DNA of 59,978 bases from Eubacteriales bacterium (GTDB lineage Bacteria; Bacillota; Clostridia; Oscillospirales; CAG-382): the NCBI GenBank assembly GCA_045636665.1, contig JAZTXY010000014.1:1-59978 (forward strand), read 5' to 3'. The position numbers and the translations under genes were made by a program. Positions 9,046-22,294 of this stretch are shown here, in pieces (the first letter of the stretch is position 1; each line of letters begins with the position of its first letter). Under the pieces are notes generated by a model, which saw only the letters and a program-made list of their open reading frames with translations, did no database searches and was not told where the DNA came from.

Positions 9046-9080
9046 AAGGAAGGGATGGATTCCCTTCCTTTGATTTTTTT
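9046..9080. terminator. Bidirectional rho-independent terminator
   Basis: AAGGAAGGGA-tggat-TCCCTTCCTT followed by TGATTTTTTT and preceded by an A-run. Confidence 0.7.
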
Positions 9081-9085
9081 CAAAT

Positions 9086-9859
9086 TTATTCGGCAGCTTT
9101 ATTTTTTGCCTTTTTGATTCTTAAAACAAGTATTACAACAAGCACCGCCGCAAAGACAAGGCTTATAAATTGGCTTGTCGACATTCCGAGCAAAGCGCCG
9201 CGTTCTTTATCGCCGCGCAAAAATTCAAGAGAAAAGCGAAGCAGACAGTAAACGAAGCCGTAAGTAAGCACTTGAATGCCCAAGTCGCGCTTTTTCATAT
9301 AAAGCAAAAGCAAAACGAAAAACAGACACAACAAAAGCGAAGCTTCGGCAAGCTGAACGGGGAACAAGGGTACTCCGAGCGGTGTGTTACCAATGTTAAC
9401 GTCATAGGTGCAGGAAAGAGGTCCGTCGTATTCGATACCGTAACAGCAGCCTCCCAAAAAGCAACCGACTCTGCCGATAGAATGTCCCAAAGGAACCACA
9501 GTCGCATAGATTTCGAAAAACTTAAAGGCGTTAAGCTTATAAATCTTGACGTATAAAAACAAGCCGACAATACCGCCGATAAGCCCGCCATAGAAAACAA
9601 AGCCGCCTTGGAACGCCTGCAAAAACGGAAGCTCACCGGAAATTATTTTATCGATGTTTACTATTAAAAACAAAAGCTTTGCTCCGACAACAGCACCGAT
9701 GCCCGCATAAACAGCAGAGCAAACCACGTCGACTTGGGGAATTTCCTTATACCTGCGCGCAAGTAACCAAACGGTCAAAACCGCAAGTCCCATACCCACA
9801 GCAAAGCACACGCCGTACATCGGCACCATTTTGCCGAAAAGTTCAATATAAGGTAACAT
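9086..9859 (-). CDS. lgt: Prolipoprotein diacylglyceryl transferase
   Basis: Multi-TM protein with GRVGCFLGGCCYG motif. ATG 9859 is preceded by GGAGG; the ORF-track extension to 9934 lacks an RBS. Confidence 0.9.
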   Translation of the reverse strand: MLPYIELFGKMVPMYGVCFAVGMGLAVLTVWLLARRYKEIPQVDVVCSAVYAGIGAVVGAKLLFLIVNIDKIISGELPFLQAFQGGFVFYGGLIGGIVGLFLYVKIYKLNAFKFFEIYATVVPLGHSIGRVGCFLGGCCYGIEYDGPLSCTYDVNIGNTPLGVPLFPVQLAEASLLLCLFFVLLLLYMKKRDLGIQVLTYGFVYCLLRFSLEFLRGDKERGALLGMSTSQFISLVFAAVLVVILVLRIKKAKNKAAE

Positions 9860-9951
9860 AGCGCCTCCAAAAGAGCGAAAATACGAGAATGAATAAACGG
9901 TTCGGCATAGCTTGTATGTCGAACCGTTTAACATGCTTAATTAATCAGCGA

Positions 9952-10302
9952 TTATTTGCCGAGAAAAACTCTCAAACCGTTGAGAGCGTCGTTCAAAGCA
10001 TCTTCGAGATCGTCAAGATCGCCAACTGCGTCTTCAATTGCATCTTCAACACAGAGAGTGCAAACGCCGCAAGTGAAGAAGAAGATGGAAGCGAAAACAA
10101 CTGCGATGATGCCGATAACGAGACCTGCGGTACCGATACCTGCAGGTTGACCTGCAGCAACGAGTGCCTTTTTGCCGCTAACGGAAAGAACGAGACCTAC
10201 GATTGCCATAGGAAGTGCGAGGATGGAGAACCAACCGCTCATAAAGCTGAATACGAGACCTACGATACCAAGTGCGAGGCCGGCTGTAGCCTTACCTTTC
10301 AT
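9952..10302 (-). CDS. Small membrane protein (DUF4190-like TM pair, acidic C-terminal helix)
   Basis: 116 aa with Gly-rich TM segments GLALGIVGLVFSF.. and an acidic tail EDAIEDAVGDLDDLEDALNDA. GGAG RBS upstream. Confidence 0.6.
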   Translation of the reverse strand: MKGKATAGLALGIVGLVFSFMSGWFSILALPMAIVGLVLSVSGKKALVAAGQPAGIGTAGLVIGIIAVVFASIFFFTCGVCTLCVEDAIEDAVGDLDDLEDALNDALNGLRVFLGK

Positions 10303-10480
10303 GATAAAAACTCCTTAAAAATTTTTTCAAAATGGTAACATTTTGTTGCCGATGTTTTAACACACAATTGCGTTAAAGTCAAGTGTTTTTTCTTGATTTA
10401 TTCACAATTTGTTCTTTTTTGTTGTGTGTTTAAGACAACATACCGAAGAAAAAGTAATGCTGTTTTGTAATATCGGATTA

Positions 10481-11851
10481 TTAAAGCACGAAATAAGCGC
10501 CCTTTTCGATCATTATGCCGCGAACCTCTTTACCGTCAACGTCGCGGGGGAGAATATTTCTGTCAAGCGCAATTGCCGATGCGATACCTGCGGCTTCACC
10601 CGATGCGCGGCAGGAATGCTGAACACGAAGCGAGCTTTGAGCCAAGAATTCCGCGCCCAAGCAACGGCCCGTAATAAAGAGGTTGTCAAAGCCCTTTACT
10701 ACCAAGGAGCGGTAAGGAATTTCATACCAAGGCTTTCCGTCGTCAACGGGGTCCTTAATCGATTCGCAATGAAGAACCTTGCCGTGGATATCTACGGGGT
10801 AGTTGGATTGGCAGAACATATCGTCGAACTTCACGCGGCGGAGAAGGTCGGAAGCGGAAAGCACGTATTCGGTTTCGATGTTACGGCTTTCGCGGATGCC
10901 AACCATTGCGGCAATATCCGAAATGTAAGCGTTTTCGAAGCCCTTAAGATACTTTTTATAGAACTGAAGCTGACGGAGAATGCGTTGCTTACCTGCGATT
11001 TGAGTTTTGGTAAGATGAATCGGGTCGGTGCCGTCGGTTTCATCAAAAAATTCGGGGTTGTTGAACGCAAGAGTATGCTTGCGGCCGGTAACCATAAAGC
11101 CCTGCCAATACGCCTTATCCTCTTCGGTAAGGTCGCCGTTTGCAATCGCTTCGTCAAACAATTCCGAGAAGGTCCATTTGTCGCCTGCACAGCAAGCAAT
11201 GTAAACACTGCCGTTGTCATAGCTTGCGCCGGAATTCTTGCCGCTCTTTTCGATAAGCTCTTTTACAAACATACCGAGCGCCTCGATATCGACGTTGGAA
11301 ACCATATAACGCAAGGAAATGGGTTGGTTTTTGCCTGTTTCGGGATTACCCTTGGTGTAGCCTGCGCCTGCGCGTACGCAAATATCGCCGTCGCCGGTCG
11401 CATCGATAAACATCTTGCCCTTGATAATGCCAAGGCCGTTTTTGTTTGCAACCACAATCGCTTCAAGCTTGCCGTCGTTAACAACGGTTTCGGCGATAAA
11501 GGTGTGAAGAAGAATCTTAACGCCTGCTTCGTCGCACATGCCCTCAAGAACCGCCTTAAGAACGATAGGGTCGAAGTTTGCGCCGTTTGCGCTTGCCGCG
11601 CCGAGTTCGATCATTTTGTCACGAACGATGTTGGAAATGTACGAGCATTGGGGGTTTTGGGGAATATGGGTATGCATTATCGGAAGTACCAAGCCGTTTG
11701 TTGCAGTGCCTCCGAGCGAGCCGAATTGCTCGACTATCAAAACGTCGCGTCCCATATCAGCCGCCGCTTTTGCGGCAAACGCGCCTGCTGTACCGCCGCC
11801 GCATACGACAACCTCTGCTTCGGCAAATACCGGTAACTTAGTGTAATCCAT
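10481..11851 (-). CDS. FAD-dependent oxidoreductase (FAD_oxidored-type)
   Basis: N-terminal dinucleotide fold VVVCGGGTAGAFAAKAAADMGRDVLIVEQ..LGG. Confidence 0.85.
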   Translation of the reverse strand: MDYTKLPVFAEAEVVVCGGGTAGAFAAKAAADMGRDVLIVEQFGSLGGTATNGLVLPIMHTHIPQNPQCSYISNIVRDKMIELGAASANGANFDPIVLKAVLEGMCDEAGVKILLHTFIAETVVNDGKLEAIVVANKNGLGIIKGKMFIDATGDGDICVRAGAGYTKGNPETGKNQPISLRYMVSNVDIEALGMFVKELIEKSGKNSGASYDNGSVYIACCAGDKWTFSELFDEAIANGDLTEEDKAYWQGFMVTGRKHTLAFNNPEFFDETDGTDPIHLTKTQIAGKQRILRQLQFYKKYLKGFENAYISDIAAMVGIRESRNIETEYVLSASDLLRRVKFDDMFCQSNYPVDIHGKVLHCESIKDPVDDGKPWYEIPYRSLVVKGFDNLFITGRCLGAEFLAQSSLRVQHSCRASGEAAGIASAIALDRNILPRDVDGKEVRGIMIEKGAYFVL

Positions 11852-11877
11852 AATTTTTTCTCCTTTTTACGGAAAAT

Positions 11878-14833
<2,956 letters not shown>

Positions 14834-14837
<4 letters not shown>

Positions 14838-15544
14838 CCGTCAGAAGCGGATGCATCTCCCCATATTGGTATAGCCTCGCCCAAGAATTTGGGTTCGGGC
14901 TTAAAAATCGCATCAAAAGCGTATTTTACCCGCGCAAATATCTCGCGTGTTTCATTTTTTATTCCGCCCGAAGCGCCTGCATCGCTGGCGACGCCCCAAG
15001 CTTCAAGTCCCAACTCCCGTGCAATAAACACGGCGCGCGAAAGGTGAAAATTCTGTGTAACTATAACAACGCGTTTCGCCTTGAAAACCTCTTTTGCTCG
15101 GTAAAAGGTGTCGTATGTGTCGAATCCGGCGTGGTCAGTGAAAATAACGTTGGGCTCTATTCCCCTCTTCGACATATACGACTTCATCGAGCCGACCTCG
15201 TTATATTCGATTCGTGAATGGTCGCCGCTTACAAGTATTCTGTCCGACACGCCCGAACCGTAAAGCGATATTCCGCAATCCAAGCGTTGTCGAAGCACAA
15301 ACGACGGTGTGCCGTCGCGCTTGAGCCCTGCACCGAGCACGATTATACAGTCGATATCCTCAAGCTCGCTCGCTTTTTCGGCATTGATAATATAATCGTC
15401 CGCGGAGTACAACACCGTAAGATTACACACCAAAACCGTAACGACCGACACAAGCATGAGCGAAACGAATAGATTTCGTATCAGCTTTATTATATTTCTT
15501 TTGTTTGTTTTCTTATTTGTTTTGTCTGATTTTTTCACTTTCAT
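14834..15544 (-). CDS. sanA: SanA/YdcF (DUF218) family membrane-anchored protein
   Basis: N-terminal TM followed by IIVLGAGL..DGTPS..L..RL and VSGDH motifs. Confidence 0.8.
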
Positions 15545-16382
15545 AAGTCATTTTCATAAATGCAGCATCGTGGGATTGAGTGCCTGCCGATTCGCAAATG
15601 ATCGTAGGCGCAACGCCGAGCGATACGATTGCCTCGGCAAGCGGCTCGAAATTCGGGCCGTAAACATCGTCCTCAAAGGTAAGATGCTTCTTTTCGCCCA
15701 TTTCGGTAAACATTATTTTCGAAAAGTGGCAATGCAGGTCTTCGGCATAATTGCTTCCCAATTCCGAAGCGATGCGGTCGAAAACCCGTTTGTAATCGTC
15801 GGCGGTATAAAAAACGCCTCTGTCACGCGCGTTAAGGTGACCGAAATCCACAACGGGTGCAAAGCAGGACGAGATCTTACAAAGCTCAATTACCTCGTCA
15901 AGCGTGCCGAGCTGGTTTACCTTGCCCATCGTTTCGATTCCGACGATCGTTTTAAAGTCATTTTCCTGCATCATCAACGCAACGCCCTCGAGCGTTTCGC
16001 GCGCGTAATCCATTGCGGTTTCGCGGCTTATTTTCGCGCAGGAGCCGCAATGCACGACCATCGTTTTTGCGCCGAGCAATGCGCTTACCTCGGCGCTTCT
16101 GCGTATGTATTCGATGCTGTTGTCGCGTTTTTCCTTTTCGGTTGAGGAAAGCGATATGAAATACGGCGTATGAAACGACATCAAAATACCGTGCTCGGTT
16201 GCTTTTCTGCCGATTGCGGCAAAAAGGTCGAAGCTTCCGCTTATGCCGTTGCCTGCTTCGTATTCATAGGCGTCAAGCCCCATCGATTTTACAAAGCCCG
16301 GCGCTTGGAGAGTCGATTTTCCGCCTGCGGCACGAAAGGCATCGCAATTGCCGCCGGGGCCGAATTTTGCGGTCTTGCTCAT
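15513..16382 (-). CDS. Endonuclease IV-family TIM-barrel protein (putative AP endonuclease)
   Basis: Motif series FHTPYFISL / VVHCGS / IETMG / VDFGHLNA / LHCHFS parallels Nfo metal ligands. ATGA overlap with the yqeG stop. Confidence 0.7.
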   Translation of the reverse strand: MSKTAKFGPGGNCDAFRAAGGKSTLQAPGFVKSMGLDAYEYEAGNGISGSFDLFAAIGRKATEHGILMSFHTPYFISLSSTEKEKRDNSIEYIRRSAEVSALLGAKTMVVHCGSCAKISRETAMDYARETLEGVALMMQENDFKTIVGIETMGKVNQLGTLDEVIELCKISSCFAPVVDFGHLNARDRGVFYTADDYKRVFDRIASELGSNYAEDLHCHFSKIMFTEMGEKKHLTFEDDVYGPNFEPLAEAIVSLGVAPTIICESAGTQSHDAAFMKMTYESEKIRQNK

Positions 16383-16936
16383 TCTTTATCCTTCGCTTTC
16401 TTTTTACGGTTGCGTATTTTTTGCATTGCGTTTTTGGGGTTGAGCCAATCGAGCTTGCGCACAAACGGGCGCTCGAAAAAGCGCTTTATGCGGAAGAATT
16501 TGCTTTCGACGGGCTGTATCGGCTTAACCAGCGCAAACCGAATGCCTGCGCGGTGCGCGGCGATACAGTCGGTAAATATTTGATCTCCCACCGCCATAAC
16601 CTCGCCCTTGTCCAAGCCGAAATGAGCAACGCATTTACGCACGCCCTTGGGCGAGGGCTTGCCTGCCTTACAAACGTAAAACAAGCCGAGTCCTTCGTTA
16701 AAGGTCGTAACACGCGCGCCTTGGTTGTTGGAAACAAACGCCATTTTTATTCCCGCTTCCCTTAAAGACGCGAAATATTCATTCATCTTCTCGGTAGGGC
16801 GCTCGATTTCATAAGGCGCTATTGTATTGTCGATATCAAACACAACGCCCTTTACCCCAAGCTCGTTCAATGCTTCGGGGGTTATTGTATAAACGTCGCA
16901 AAACGCCATATCGGGGCGAAAAAAACGAAATGCCAT
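16379..16936 (-). CDS. yqeG: YqeG-family HAD-IIIA phosphatase
   Basis: VVFDIDNT motif I, VSNN motif II and GDQIFTD motif IV. Confidence 0.85.
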   Translation of the reverse strand: MAFRFFRPDMAFCDVYTITPEALNELGVKGVVFDIDNTIAPYEIERPTEKMNEYFASLREAGIKMAFVSNNQGARVTTFNEGLGLFYVCKAGKPSPKGVRKCVAHFGLDKGEVMAVGDQIFTDCIAAHRAGIRFALVKPIQPVESKFFRIKRFFERPFVRKLDWLNPKNAMQKIRNRKKKAKDKE

Positions 16937-16952
16937 AAAAATCTCCGATTGT

Positions 16953-19007
16953 TTATTCTGCTCTTGCGTAAACTATCGAAAACGGAGGTAAGGTTGCTTT
17001 GCCGCTTCCGTTTTTGATTTCGAGCGTACCGCAAGCATCGCCCGAAAGTATATATTTGCCGTCCTCAAGACCGCTTGTGTAATTAACGACCGCTTCGTTT
17101 TCACACGCGTTGACGATAAGCAAAAGCTTTTCGCCGTCGTTTCTTTGCCAATACTCGGAAAATACCGCGGAATGCTCAACGATACCGCCGTATGCTTCCT
17201 TGCATCTTGTTGTGCGGATAATGGGCTGATCGTCATAAAATTCGGGGGATTTAAGCAATCTGCCGTTATAGAAGAACGAACCGATCTTTGCCCTTTCGTG
17301 TACGCACTTTTTATAAAAATGCTTGCTCTTCATTTGCATATAAAGGTCGGGTGCGTTCCAACCGAGCTGTTCGCCGAAGGTGAACGATTGAGCAATATTT
17401 ATGCGCTGTCCCTCATCATCGTCATAGGGCATATAGCGGTAATTACGTCCGAACATCGAAACATATCCCGCGTATACCGCAACGAAAGCAGGTACTTGAC
17501 GGTTGTGAACCCAAAGCCAGGTAAGATAGCCCTGCATACGCTTCATAAAGGGGTCTGCGGTGCATTCGGTCGTGAGCGCGCTTCCCTCGGGACGGATGCG
17601 GTTAACGTGGTCGAGAAGGTTGTTATATCCCTCTACCCACCAGGTTCCGCCGCCTGCGCGGTGCGAGTGCGTTCTGTCCTCGCACATTTTCGGTGCCGCC
17701 GCGGCAATTTGGTCGATATAAACGGCGTTAACGCCAACCTCGTTAAGAAGCTTGCTTACGATTTCGGTAACCTTTTCCTGCCAGCAAGCGGTGGAGGGGC
17801 ACATTATCGAATGGCGAACGTGGGTGCCGTCGGCTTCCTTTGAATTGTAGGTTTCGATAAAGGGAACGCCGTTGCGGTCCTTGGTGCAATTCGGCTTAGC
17901 CTTTTCCGACCACTCGAAATCCTCCATTCCCCTGTCCTTGGTATCCCAAAGACGTCCGTTGATATAGGGCATAACGCGCACGCCGTTTTCCTGCAAGCGC
18001 TTAACACCAGTGTGGAAGGCTTCCTTTGCAGGGAAATAATGGGGATAATCGTTATCATAGGGAATCTTGAACCAGTCGTAAAGGTGGATAGGGCTGTCAT
18101 ATTCCAAATCGGCATTGGCGGCAAGAACGTCGTCGACGTATTGCTCGTCGTCCTTCATTCTGACTATCCACCAATGGTTTTCATGCTTCATCCAATCGGG
18201 GCTGTCTTTTCTGCCATCGTTATCGGTTTCGGGCTTCCAAACCGCGTTTTTAAGGAAAAATTCGCGGTAGATTTGCGCTGCATCATACCAGTTGCCGTCG
18301 AAAATTTCCCAAACACAGCAGCCGCAAAGCTTTTGAGAATTTGCGGGCAAATCGATATCGGTCAAGGGAAGCTTACCGCAGGCGCTGAAGAATTTTTCGT
18401 GCTTTTTCTTTTCAAACCAAATCTTTTTATATGCGGGCGCAGGGTCGTGAAGTCCGTAATAAATACCGCGGTTCCACGCTTTGTTCCAAAACGCCATAAA
18501 CTGCATCGATGCTCCGTAGGACGGATAATCCTGACAGGATTTGCAGTCGTCAAGACCGTTCCAAAGCTCGCCCGGTCCGTTGGGCGACATAAACCAAACG
18601 TCCTTTTTCGCATCAAAGCTTATTGTCGGGTAATCGCAGGAATAAAGACTGTATTCCTTGTTTTCGCTTATAAGGTCGGTAGTCCATTCGATTCGGTTTC
18701 CGACCGTGTGAGCGCAAAGCAAAACGGTGACCGAGGTAAGAACGTCATTACCCGAAAGCACGATAAACGTGTTGCCGTCGACCGTTTGGGAAAGACAGCT
18801 TTTCCAACCCTCGCAGGAGGAAACGGTTATTTGCTCGTCCGAATCCATTGCTCTTGCCGTTAAGGTAAACAACGGACGTTTTTGAGTAAGAAAATTCTTT
18901 TTGATTTTTCTGTCGCGGATAGAATAAAGCGAAACACCGCCCTTTTCAACCGAAAGGGTACAAAGCAATTCGCCTGCTTGGATTCTGATAAGTTCACCGT
19001 TTTTCAT
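16953..19007 (-). CDS. Uncharacterised 684-aa protein, putative glycoside-hydrolase-like TIM barrel (DUF6259-like by recollection)
   Basis: Long clean ORF with no signal peptide. The central region NAVYIDQIAAA..TTECTADPF resembles a (beta/alpha)8 glycosidase. Function not assignable by eye. Confidence 0.6.
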   Translation of the reverse strand: MKNGELIRIQAGELLCTLSVEKGGVSLYSIRDRKIKKNFLTQKRPLFTLTARAMDSDEQITVSSCEGWKSCLSQTVDGNTFIVLSGNDVLTSVTVLLCAHTVGNRIEWTTDLISENKEYSLYSCDYPTISFDAKKDVWFMSPNGPGELWNGLDDCKSCQDYPSYGASMQFMAFWNKAWNRGIYYGLHDPAPAYKKIWFEKKKHEKFFSACGKLPLTDIDLPANSQKLCGCCVWEIFDGNWYDAAQIYREFFLKNAVWKPETDNDGRKDSPDWMKHENHWWIVRMKDDEQYVDDVLAANADLEYDSPIHLYDWFKIPYDNDYPHYFPAKEAFHTGVKRLQENGVRVMPYINGRLWDTKDRGMEDFEWSEKAKPNCTKDRNGVPFIETYNSKEADGTHVRHSIMCPSTACWQEKVTEIVSKLLNEVGVNAVYIDQIAAAAPKMCEDRTHSHRAGGGTWWVEGYNNLLDHVNRIRPEGSALTTECTADPFMKRMQGYLTWLWVHNRQVPAFVAVYAGYVSMFGRNYRYMPYDDDEGQRINIAQSFTFGEQLGWNAPDLYMQMKSKHFYKKCVHERAKIGSFFYNGRLLKSPEFYDDQPIIRTTRCKEAYGGIVEHSAVFSEYWQRNDGEKLLLIVNACENEAVVNYTSGLEDGKYILSGDACGTLEIKNGSGKATLPPFSIVYARAE

Positions 19008-19030
19008 TTCTTTTCTCCCCTGTGCTTTTG

Positions 19031-19705
19031 TTATTTTTTGAGATAATTTGTTTTCGCAAAGGTAAAGGGTATAACCGCTTCGGCAACGTTATCGAGCAAG
19101 ATTCGCTTGCACGCCTTTATCGTTGCGCCGGTCGTATAAATATCGTCAACAAGAAGTATCCTTTTGTATTTTACCGTCATATCGCGGTCTAAACGAAGCT
19201 GATATCTGCCGATAATGTTTTTCCTTCGTTCGTTTGCGCTAAGCTTTTTCTGTTCGCGTCCGCCGACACGCCTTAATGCGTGGATAACGGGGATACCGTA
19301 AAGACGGGAAAGCGCTTTTGCAAATTCCTTTGCTTGGTCATAGCCGTAACGCTTTTCGCGTCTGCGTAAACGCGGCACGTAGGCAACTCCGTCATAGGAG
19401 GACATTTTAAGCCCCGTAGCATCGACCGCCAGCTCGGCAATAAACCGAATTGCCTCCTCGTCGGCATTGTCTTTGATAAAATACATAAAATGCCTTGCGC
19501 GAAAGCCGCTGTAAAAGAACATAAAGCGATGGCTGTCCTCTCCCGCGCAATCGCATTCGTTGGGGCCTTTGTTGCAGGTCTTGCACGGCTTTGTAAGGAT
19601 CGACTGAAAATCAGAAAGACAATGCTTGCAAAGCGGCAAGTCCTGATAACACGCATAATACCTGCACATCATACAGAGTGCCGGTGAATAATTTCTTAAT
19701 TTCAT
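19031..19705 (-). CDS. comFC: ComF family protein (ComFC, phosphoribosyltransferase-like)
   Basis: N-terminal Cys pairs C..C../CKHC/CKTC and PRTase motif ILLVDDIYTTGAT. Confidence 0.85.
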   Translation of the reverse strand: MKLRNYSPALCMMCRYYACYQDLPLCKHCLSDFQSILTKPCKTCNKGPNECDCAGEDSHRFMFFYSGFRARHFMYFIKDNADEEAIRFIAELAVDATGLKMSSYDGVAYVPRLRRREKRYGYDQAKEFAKALSRLYGIPVIHALRRVGGREQKKLSANERRKNIIGRYQLRLDRDMTVKYKRILLVDDIYTTGATIKACKRILLDNVAEAVIPFTFAKTNYLKK

Positions 19706-19707
19706 AA

Positions 19708-21900
19708 TTACACCAAAGGCAAAAGATGCTTCAGCGCAGTATGGCGAATTGGGATTCGGTTGTTCGAAACCATCACGCCCAAGGAACGGCTTGTACCGAC
19801 GATAACCACCATTTCCCTTGCGCGCGTTACCGCCGTGTAAAGCAGGTTTCGCGTCATAAGCGGAAACGGTGCATCGAACGAGGGGATAACGACGATTCGG
19901 TATTCGCTTCCCTGACTTTTATGCGCCGTTACGGCATAGGCGTGCTCCAATTCCTCAAGCTGTGAAAAATCGTATTCGGTAATTCGTCCGTCGAAATCGA
20001 CCGTCATGCTTTCGTTTCTCGTATCTATTTCGCGGATACGGCCCACGTCGCCGTTGAAGATACCGCTTCCCGATTCGGCGCCGCGCTTCCATTCAAGGTC
20101 GTAATCGTTTTTTATCTGCATTACCTTATCGCCCTCGCGGAATATGACCGAGCCGTATTTTTTCTCGGCTTTCTTAGGCGATTTCGGATTAAGCGCGTTT
20201 TGGAACATCGCATTCAGCTCGTAAGTACCCAAAGCGCCCTTGCGTGTGCAGGATATGACCTGAATTTCGTCCAACGGATCGGCATTGTACCTTTCGGGCA
20301 GACGCTTTGCCACGAACGACAGCAAAAGCGACGCAATATTTTCCGCCCCGTTTCGCTCGACGAAAAAGAAATCGTTATCTCTCGAATTCAAAACCGGCAT
20401 TTCGCCTCTGTTTATCGCGTGGGCGTTCATTATTATCAGGCTTTGCTCTGCCTGACGGAATATTTTATCGAGCTTAACGACGTTAAACCGTTCGGAATTG
20501 ATAATATCGTTTAAGCAGTTGCCCGGTCCGACGGGCGGAAGCTGGTCGGGGTCGCCGATGAGTATAAGATAACTGCCGACCTTGACCGCCTTCAACAAGG
20601 CGCTCATAAGATTAGTGTCGACCATCGACATTTCGTCTATGATAATAACCTTTTGGTTTATGGGATTTTCCTCGTCGCGTTGGAAGTGATGATGTCCGTT
20701 GTCCGAAACACTCGCTTCAAGCAGACGGTGAATCGTTTTAGCCTCTCTGCCCGACGATTCAAACATTCTTTGCGCCGCTCTGCCCGTAGGGGCGGCGAGC
20801 ACGCAGGAAAATTTAAGTATATCGCAAATATCAAGTATCGCCTTGATGACCGTCGTTTTACCCGTACCGGGACCGCCGGTGATAACCGTCACTCCGCCCG
20901 TCAGCGCATAAGATATCGCAGTGCGCTGTTCGTCGGCATAGGTGATGCCGTATTTTTGCTCAAGCACCTTGGTTTGCTCGTCGATGCCCTCTAAAACGAA
21001 GGGGAACTTGAAATCGGCAAGCGCGCGGAGCTTTGCGGCGATATATACCTCGGCGGAATAAAGCTCGTGCAGGGCGTAAGCAATATCCTCGCCGATATCG
21101 AATTTTTTTATCTGCTCCTTCATAACAAGACGGCCGACCGCTTCGCGCGTGACGTTTTCCGAAACGCCGAGCACCTTCGATGCGGCATTTAAAAGCTCGT
21201 CCTCGGGAAGGTAGCAATGACCGCCGTTGACAGATGCGACGGTAAGCGTATGCACAACTCCCGCCTCGGCACGGTCGGGACTGTCGTAAGGGATGCCCAA
21301 CGACATCGCAACGCGGTCTGCCTTATCAAACCCGATGCCGCTTATATCGTTGCAAAGGCGGTAGGGTGTCATTTTAATGATATCGATAGCCGCAGACCCA
21401 TACGCTTTGAAAATTTTGACCGAAAGCGCAGGTCCGAAAAATTCGTTGCAGAACATCATAACGTTTCGCATTCCGAATTGCTCGGTATAGCTTTCGTGGA
21501 TGCCGTCGGCGCGCTTCGGTGAAATACCGCGAATATCGCAAAGCCAACGCGGATTGTTTTCGATAACCTCAAGCGAATCCTCGCCGAAACGGGCAACTAT
21601 CCTTTCGGCGGTAACGGGGCCTATCCCCTTTATTGCGCCCGACGCAAGATATTTAAGTATTGCCGCCTGAGTAGTGGGCAGCTTTTTTTCGAAATAGTCA
21701 ACGCGAAATTGACGTCCGAAGGTCGAATGAACCTGCCATTCGCCCTGAACGCGAATGGTTTCACCCTCACCGACGTACGGCATTATGCCGACGAGCGTTA
21801 TCGGATCGCCTCCGCAGTTGATGGTGCAGACGGTGTATCCGTTTTCGCCGTTTGAGTATATTATGTCTTCAACAACGCCGTCAAGATACAGCTCGCCCAA
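19708..21900 (-). CDS. recD2: ATP-dependent RecD2-like DNA helicase
   Basis: Walker A GGPGTGKTT, DEMSMVD, and C-terminal AVTAHKSQGSEY / AVTRA motifs. TTG 21900 follows AAGGTGG. The ORF-track start 21978 would overlap the upstream gene. Confidence 0.9.
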   Translation of the reverse strand: MGELYLDGVVEDIIYSNGENGYTVCTINCGGDPITLVGIMPYVGEGETIRVQGEWQVHSTFGRQFRVDYFEKKLPTTQAAILKYLASGAIKGIGPVTAERIVARFGEDSLEVIENNPRWLCDIRGISPKRADGIHESYTEQFGMRNVMMFCNEFFGPALSVKIFKAYGSAAIDIIKMTPYRLCNDISGIGFDKADRVAMSLGIPYDSPDRAEAGVVHTLTVASVNGGHCYLPEDELLNAASKVLGVSENVTREAVGRLVMKEQIKKFDIGEDIAYALHELYSAEVYIAAKLRALADFKFPFVLEGIDEQTKVLEQKYGITYADEQRTAISYALTGGVTVITGGPGTGKTTVIKAILDICDILKFSCVLAAPTGRAAQRMFESSGREAKTIHRLLEASVSDNGHHHFQRDEENPINQKVIIIDEMSMVDTNLMSALLKAVKVGSYLILIGDPDQLPPVGPGNCLNDIINSERFNVVKLDKIFRQAEQSLIIMNAHAINRGEMPVLNSRDNDFFFVERNGAENIASLLLSFVAKRLPERYNADPLDEIQVISCTRKGALGTYELNAMFQNALNPKSPKKAEKKYGSVIFREGDKVMQIKNDYDLEWKRGAESGSGIFNGDVGRIREIDTRNESMTVDFDGRITEYDFSQLEELEHAYAVTAHKSQGSEYRIVVIPSFDAPFPLMTRNLLYTAVTRAREMVVIVGTSRSLGVMVSNNRIPIRHTALKHLLPLV

Positions 21901-21904
21901 AACA

Positions 21905-22153
21905 CTACCACCTTTTGATGTAAACTTTTCGCACCTCGTCCGCACAAACGCGGCGGATGACCTCCTCCTGCTCGGCATCGGTGCGGCAGATAATCAACAT
22001 ATCCGGCTTTGCGCCGTCAAGAAGCTCCTCATCGAAGCATAGACAGATAAAGCTTGTTTTTTTGGCACGCGATACACGAACAAATTCAAGCACGGCAAGT
22101 ATTACGCCGAGCGATGCCAGCGCCGCAAGTAAAACGTCGTGAAAAATTGCCAT
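21905..22153 (-). CDS. Hypothetical 82-aa protein with N-terminal TM helix
   Basis: ORF with AGGTGA RBS that ends 4 nt before the recD2 start. No recognisable family. Confidence 0.5.
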   Translation of the reverse strand: MAIFHDVLLAALASLGVILAVLEFVRVSRAKKTSFICLCFDEELLDGAKPDMLIICRTDAEQEEVIRRVCADEVRKVYIKRW

Positions 22154-22230
22154 ACCTAATCACCTCTTATTATATTATACGCAAGAATAAATTGCAAGTG
22201 AAAAAGAAAATTTACCCGCCTCGAACACGC

Positions 22231-22270
22231 CAAAAAACAACAAAAACCCGACGTATTTTGCTACGTCGGG
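22231..22270 (-). terminator. Rho-independent terminator after zinc-ribbon gene
   Basis: Minus strand: ACCCGACGTA-gcaaaa-TACGTCGGGT followed by TTTTTGTTGTTTTTTGG. Confidence 0.7.
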
Positions 22271-22294
22271 TCAAAAGCTCAAGAAAGCTCGGTT

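Noticed and set aside
10409-11836. 475-aa plus-strand ORF almost exactly antisense to the 456-aa FAD-dependent oxidoreductase
   Set aside because: The minus-strand product has a clear GxGxxG FAD fold. The plus-strand product is Cys/Phe/Asn/Val-rich with no motifs or RBS. It stays open because the sense gene avoids TTA/CTA/TCA codons, a shadow-ORF effect.
19008-19030. raiA-motif RNA, often found near comFC in Firmicutes
   Set aside because: The intergenic space next to comFC is only 23 nt on one side and 2 nt on the other. There is no room for a ~200-nt RNA.
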